The position numbers and the translations under genes were made by a program. The notes under the pieces were generated by a model, which worked only from the letters and a program-made list of their open reading frames with translations, was not told the origin of the DNA and ran no database searches. From Okeania sp. (GTDB taxonomy: Bacteria > Cyanobacteriota > Cyanobacteriia > Cyanobacteriales > Microcoleaceae), in assembly GCF_035285525.1 (NCBI RefSeq), contig NZ_JAYKGW010000065.1, positions 1 through 32,000 on the forward strand: DNA of 32,000 bases, read 5' to 3'. Numbering within the stretch: the first letter of the stretch is position 1; every line of letters begins with the position of its first letter. This document shows, one piece after another, positions 8,542-15,200 of the stretch.

Positions 8542-8564
8542 CTGACTCCTGACTCCTGACTCCT
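8542..8564. repeat. Heptameric STRR tract (CTGACTC)x3
   Basis: 'ctgactc ctgactc ctgactc ct' read directly. Confidence 0.8.
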
Positions 8565-8734
8565 AATTTAATACTACATTTTGACATGCGGAATGTAGGA
8601 TATATATCAATTAAAATTTTTGTCTACTATATATGAATGAATGAGAAGTCTTTGTTAGGAGTTTTTGTGCCCAAAATCTTTGTTTTATAAACTTTTTGCT
8701 TTGTGAAGTTTCTATCTCATAGTTTTTCTATATT

Positions 8735-8824
8735 AGGACTTACGCAAAGGTACTATATATGTATAGGGTCTTGGTGCCTAAGTGTGCTAACACACCCTAC
8801 CAATAGCGTTCATGCGTAAATCCT
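8735..8824. mobile_element. MITE-like element of the 'GGACTTACGCA' family, upstream of the giant gene
   Basis: 'aggacttacgca' at 8735-8746 and 'tgcgtaaatcct' at 8813-8824 are reverse complements with 1 mismatch. The start 'ggacttacgcaaaggtactat' matches the copy at 17407. Confidence 0.55.
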
Positions 8825-9267
8825 ATCCATATATCATAAGATGCTACTTTATTAATAATTTTTATTATTTATCTGAATTTATAAATTTTTAGTTAAAAAT
8901 TTAGGATTTTGGCTACCTTTTGTATTTTAATTATATCAATTATAGTAAAAAATATTTTTTAGCTGGACTTTGATATTTTTTAGGTCAAAAATAGCTTCAA
9001 ACCTAATATTGGCAAGGTAAATACCTGAACCTGGTTAAAATAGCTGAAACCTAGATATATCGAGAAAACGTTTGCTTTTAGGTAAAAGCTTTGGGTTATA
9101 AGGGTTTCACCTAAATTTTGAACCTGTTTTTTCCTCAAGTCTAGTTAGTAGAAAATATTTTTTGACTATCAGGATAGTATTTCTACTAAAGTCGCTTTCT
9201 GGTTTTCTTGAGACTAAGAGTGCCATTAAACCTTAGTTTTTAGAGATGGATAGGGCTTTTTAATTAA

Positions 9268-12200
9268 ATGAACATAACTGATAAATTTACCAAAACTTAC
9301 AGCGACAAAGCTTACAAGCACGTCACCACTGTCACCCACAAGGGAGTCCTGATCTCCTTTGCGATGGACGAGAATCGACGCATCTACTACGCGGTGCTAA
9401 ATCTCAACGAACAAGACGACACAAAAGGGCCTTTAGATGTGAATTACTGGCCTGGGAACCCCTCAAAACTCAACTTTACAAACGAAATTTCTCGGGTGGG
9501 TTTTGCCATTATCCCACCAACCCAGATGCCCACAGTTGCTAAGGAAAGTGGAGAAGAGGTGGAACCGGGTACTCTTGCGGATGATGAAATCGACCCTTTT
9601 CTTTCTACTACTGCTCGTTTGACTGCTAATGCTCCGTTCCGGGTCATTTCCGACAACCAGTATATCTATATCTTTCGCCAGTCAATTGCTGGGGACGATC
9701 CAGATATGGTTTTTGTGGACACTGGGAAAAATACGGGGAGTAAGCCAACCCAAATGGCCATGGGGCGAAAGTACATGGAACCCAAGGCTGCTTTCAAAAA
9801 GAACCGGTTAAGGGACTTCAGGCCGCTCTTGGCTCTAAGGGGGAGTGAAACTCCTGAGGCGGTAAGTTCTTTTGATCAGACTTTGTCCGACGATGAACTC
9901 ATTCCCCTGGTGGACAAAAACCTGATGGTAGACCGTTTTGTACTGACGGGGACAGAACTAAAAAGCAAGATGGAAGTGCGGTTCAAACGCAGTCGCCACA
10001 AAAGTATCCCCCAGAGCAACAAGGATAGTCTGGGTTCCCAGGATATGCAAGGGGAGTATTTCTACGAACCTACCCAAGAACTGCATTTTGTGGGTCAGTT
10101 GTACGAAGGTTGGTTCGATGCCCTGCTTTTACCCACTCAAATATCTGGGATTCAGCGCTGGCAGTTCTTTCTCTACAATAGCAAGACAGCGGAAATTGAC
10201 TCCTTTAATGTGGAACGGGGTTCCGATGGGTTATTTAACACTAAAGGAACCCGGTATTACACCAGTCCCGACCCAGAATATCAAGATGCGGTGTATGAGC
10301 GTTCCCCGGGAACCTGTCCCTTTAGCGGAGAGCCGTTAATTCCTATTCCTCCCAGTAAGTCGGGTTATGGGGAATGGGCATTGGAGTTTGATGGCACTGA
10401 TGATAATGTGACAGTTCCTCACTCGGATAGTCTAGATTTTGACCAGGACGAAGACTTTGCCATTGAAGCTTGGATAGCCGTTTCTGGGGAACCGGTAGAC
10501 CGTGACATTATTACGAAATGGGAAGGGAGTGGACCATACCCTTATGCAATCAGATATCAAGGGAATGGAACTGTATCAGCACTTCGATACGATGGTACTA
10601 ATCACCCTACACTTACTTCAACCAAAGTGATTAATGATAGGGAATATTATCATATTGCCTTCGTCAAAAACGGTTCAACTCTTTACTTATATATTGATGG
10701 TGAAGAACAAGGCAGTACAGACGATACAACCAGTGGCAGTACGAAGAATAATGTAGCCATGTACTTCGCTTCTCGCGGTACAGGTAATTATTTCCCCGGT
10801 CAAATCGACGAAATTCGCATCTGGAATCGGAGTCTTTCTCAAGATGAAATCCAAGAAGACATGAACTACCGCCTGGTAGGGAACGAGCCAGGACTGGTGG
10901 GCTACTGGCGCTGTGACGAGGGTACAGGGAATATTCTCCACGACCAGACTGATAATGGGAACCACGGTACAATTAACGGAGCAATTTGGGTACAGTCCGA
11001 AGCCCCCATCGGCGATTCCCCAGGCATTCGTCGCACCAGCTTCGGATTTGAAGGACGAACCATTGCCTCAAGTCCGTCAGCTATGCTGTATTACCAGCAG
11101 GAACAAGCCGAAGCAGGCTATGATGATGAGGCAAAACCCATTAAGAGCAATGCCCGCGTTATCTTAGGAGTGGGTACTGGGGGACCGGGACTCGATGGAG
11201 AGCAGACAGAGGAAAAATACGTTGCTGCTTTGGATTTTGCCCTGTCCCGAGAGGGTAAGCTAGCTCAGATTCCCGATAATATTCAGTTGGGAGAACCCTT
11301 GGAAAGTGGCACTGAGGAGGATTTAGCCCGACTTCAGGAACTACAGCAGGAAGTAGAAGAGCTGCGTCGGCAAGGGGGGGGTAATTTACTTTATCATTCC
11401 AGTGAGGGAGATTGCGGCTGGTCTGTAGCCATTGATGGTGATTGGGCAATGGTGGGAGCACCGGGAGCAACCGCTAATGGTATAAAGAAAGCAGGCAAAG
11501 CCTATATTTTCCATTGGGATGGCAGCAACTGGAATCTGAAACAAACCCTCACCCCTGGAGATGATACTCAGACAGGGGCATTATTCGGCTGGTCTGTAGC
11601 CATTAACGGTGATTGGGCAATTGTGGGAGCAACGTACGCAACTGTTAACGGTTTAGGGAACGCAGGCAAAGCCTATATTTTCCATTGGGATGGCAGCAAC
11701 TGGAATCTGAAACAAACCCTGACTGCTGATGCTGAGATATCGGCCTATTTCGGCTGGTCTGTAGCCATTGATGGTGAGTGGGCAATGGTGGGAGCACCTG
11801 GCGCAAATCCTAAAGGCAAAGCCTATATTTTCCAGGGGGATGACAGTAGTAACTGGAGCCTAAAAACATCCCTCAGCCCTGGGGATGATGCTCAGGGAAT
11901 GGATGCTTTCGGCTTTTCTGTAGCCATTAACGGTGAGCGAGCAGTGACAGGAAATTTTGACACAGACTCTTCTCAAGTCTTTGTTTATCATTGGGAAAGT
12001 AGCGAATGGAACCTAGAACAAAAGATCACTAATATATACAACGGTTCTTGGTGGTCGGTGTATTCAAACCTATCAGTAGCTATCAGTGACAAGTATTTGC
12101 TGATAGGATTAGCTATAGCTGAATGTGAGGGCAAGCAAGCTGCTGGTAGAGTCGATGTTTACCGCCGAAACAGTAGCAGTAAATGGGAACAAGAGACAAC

Positions 12201-15200
12201 CTTCACAGCTGGGGTTGATATCCAAGAAAATGGACGTTTTGGTCGTTCAGTAGCTATTGACGATGTTCAATTTATCACCGGGGCACCTGGAAATGCGTCT
12301 GCCTATTATTACCTCCAAAATGTTCCCCCGGACCTATTGAATGAAATTGACGAACTCAAGCAAAAAGTGGGCAATGGAGTAGCCCTACCCATGCACTTCC
12401 TCCATACTGACCCCTTCGGTCTCACGGTTTCAGGAGCATTGCTGGGCTTCGCTCCTAGCCAAAATGCACCTCAATTCTTAGACAGCACCACGGGCAACCT
12501 AACCCTCTATTTCCGGGGTGACCAAGACCAATTCTTGGCGGCTTATTACAATACCAACACTGCCAAGACAGAATACAAGCTGGCAACGGAACTCGCGACG
12601 ACCAATGCAGACCAACTCACCTTGGTGGCTCGCTTTGCTGGGGAAGAAACCAATGACACGACCATTACTGTGGCAGATGGAGACAGTGCTGATTTCTGTC
12701 AGGTGACTATCAGTAACGAAAGTACGGGAATCACCGAAACCTGGCAACGGGTGCCGCGAAAGGTAAAGCAATTTGCAGCGGTATTGAATGGAGTGGCTAA
12801 TCAGCAGGTCTTTTTAGATAATTTAGCCACAGCAGTATCTGGTACTGTCACTAGTTTGACCTTGACAGCAGGGGCAAAATATGCACTCAAATCCGGGGAT
12901 ATACTGGTGGTGAACGGGACTAAGGTAACGGTAGCCTCTGATGTGGAACGCAAAGCAACAGAGATTCCCATTAACAGCATTACCCTATCAGCAGATGTAA
13001 ATACAGCAGTTTACGTCATTCCCTACGATTACCAAACCCTCGCCACTAGCAACCGGGTGGGAGATAACCTCGAAAATGGTTCTCTACTGTTTGCTGTTGT
13101 TCCTTCGAGTATCCGAGATGACAAGGTGAAAAACGGTACTGGAACTCGCTCTAGTGCAGGGATATCCAGTTGTTGGGTAGCGGAAGCACCAGGGGACACC
13201 TTGTCCTTTGACGGTAAAAATGATTATGTTGCCTTGGGGGATGGGAGTAAACTATCCCAGTTTGATGCCAAGGGGGATCTGACTTTAGAAACTTGGGTGC
13301 TACCTAAAACTTTTGAGGGGGGCAGCCGAATCATTCATCATACTTCAAATAGCTCTAAGTATAGTCTGGGGTTAAAAAGGCAAGAACTAAACTCAGCATT
13401 GAACTTTGATGGCAGCGATGATTATGTGGAACTTCCAGCAGCAAGTATCCCATCAGGTAACGAAATTACCATTAGTTTTTGGGCTTATGGTGGGGAGTCT
13501 CTGCCTAAGAACAGTTTCATCATATTTGCACAAAGCGACAATGGAGATCTAACCAATCAGAATCGGGTATTGTCTATCCACCTTCCTTATGGGGATGAAA
13601 TTATCTACTTTGACTGTGGTAACGATGGAAGTGATTTCGATCGCATTGATAAACAAGCTCAAGAATCAGAATACAAAGGCACCTGGTCTCACTGGGCTTT
13701 TACCAAAAATGCTACCACTGGAGAGATGAAGATCTATCTCAACGGAGAATTGTGGCACAGTGAGGGTGACAAAACAAAGCCTTTGCCAGCATCTGTACAA
13801 GTGCAGCTTGGAAAAGGGGCTAATGGAAATTATTATGATGGCAAAATCGACGAATTGCGGATCTGGAACCGCGCTCGTACTCAAACGGAAATCCAGGCAG
13901 ACATGAACCGCCGTCTTGGCGGTAATGAATCGGGTTTAGTCGGCTACTGGCACTTTGACCAACGAGAGGGTAACCAGGTTAAAGACCTGACTGGTAACGG
14001 CTACAATGGCACTATTCATAGCGACCCACAGAATGTTCCTTCCCCTCCCAATTTGGGTTCCTGTTCCGTAATAGGGGCGGTTGGCAACCTACTTCTGGAA
14101 AGCAAAGATTTACTGTACTGTAATAACTGGCATCATCTTGCCCTGGTTTATAACCAGTCCTATGGTCTCAAGTTTGACGGCGAACGGGACTACTTGGACT
14201 GCGGCAACAACACTATCCTCAATCTCCAAGACATGACGGTTGAAGTATTGTTACAGGTGAGCAGTACGAGTCAGTGCGGCATTCTCGCCAAGGGCACCCT
14301 TAACTCTGGGGATCTGGAGCAAAACGTTCCCTATGCCCTCTACACCGAGAATGGCAAGGTAATTTTTGTCTTTGAAGATGAGAATGGGGCTTCCTATCAG
14401 GTGGAAACCAGCGGAGTTTTGGAAACTAACAAGGTCTATAAAATTGCCGTTACCCGGAAAAAATATACTGAAAGTATTGGCACGGGTAGCAGTGCTGAAA
14501 ACACCTTCACAGGTACTGCCCCAGACTTGTCAAGTATCAGCACTTGGGACGATGTCAATGCCAAAAGCAGTGATATTGAAAAAGCCATGCAAGGGGACTA
14601 CGTTGCCTCCCAGCAACGGGGACAAGAATTAGCCAACCTGCAATCTCCTGACTCATGGACAAATCCTGAGTTTACTCCTGGCAGTCAAATTGCCCAATGG
14701 AATGAAGTCAAAATCTATGTAAACGGTGTCCTGGAAGCAAACCAAAGCCTTCCTCCGGTCAATCCCGGTTATAACAGCGACTCCCTAGAAATTGCGAGGG
14801 TGGGTGAGAGCTATTTAGCAGGAGCAATTGGCGAAGTTCGCTTGTGGAGTGTAGCCCTGGGAGCAGGAGATATTGGCAAAAAGCTGACGGGGAACGAATA
14901 CGGACTTGTTTCCTGGTGGCGCTTGGAGGAAAACGAAGGTAACGTTGCCTACGACAGCAAGAGCAGCAACCATGGGACTCTAAAAGGACCAGAGTGGATT
15001 AAAAATCCCCACCCCCATAGCTCCACCCTTGTGCTTTATCATAATGGCACGCCGATGGTAACCAATGCCATTGACTCCTTTAGTTGGGGTGACAATCAGT
15101 TTACCCTGGGTGCCTGCAAGTCCAATGGGCAGATGACAGAACATTTCTGGGGACAACTAGAAGAATTACGCATCTGGAAGGTAACCCGCACCATAGAACA

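Noticed and set aside
11416-11960. Diversity-generating retroelement (DGR) style targeted variation in the propeller blades
   Set aside because: No reverse transcriptase gene or template repeat is in the window. The differences between blades are not adenine-specific.
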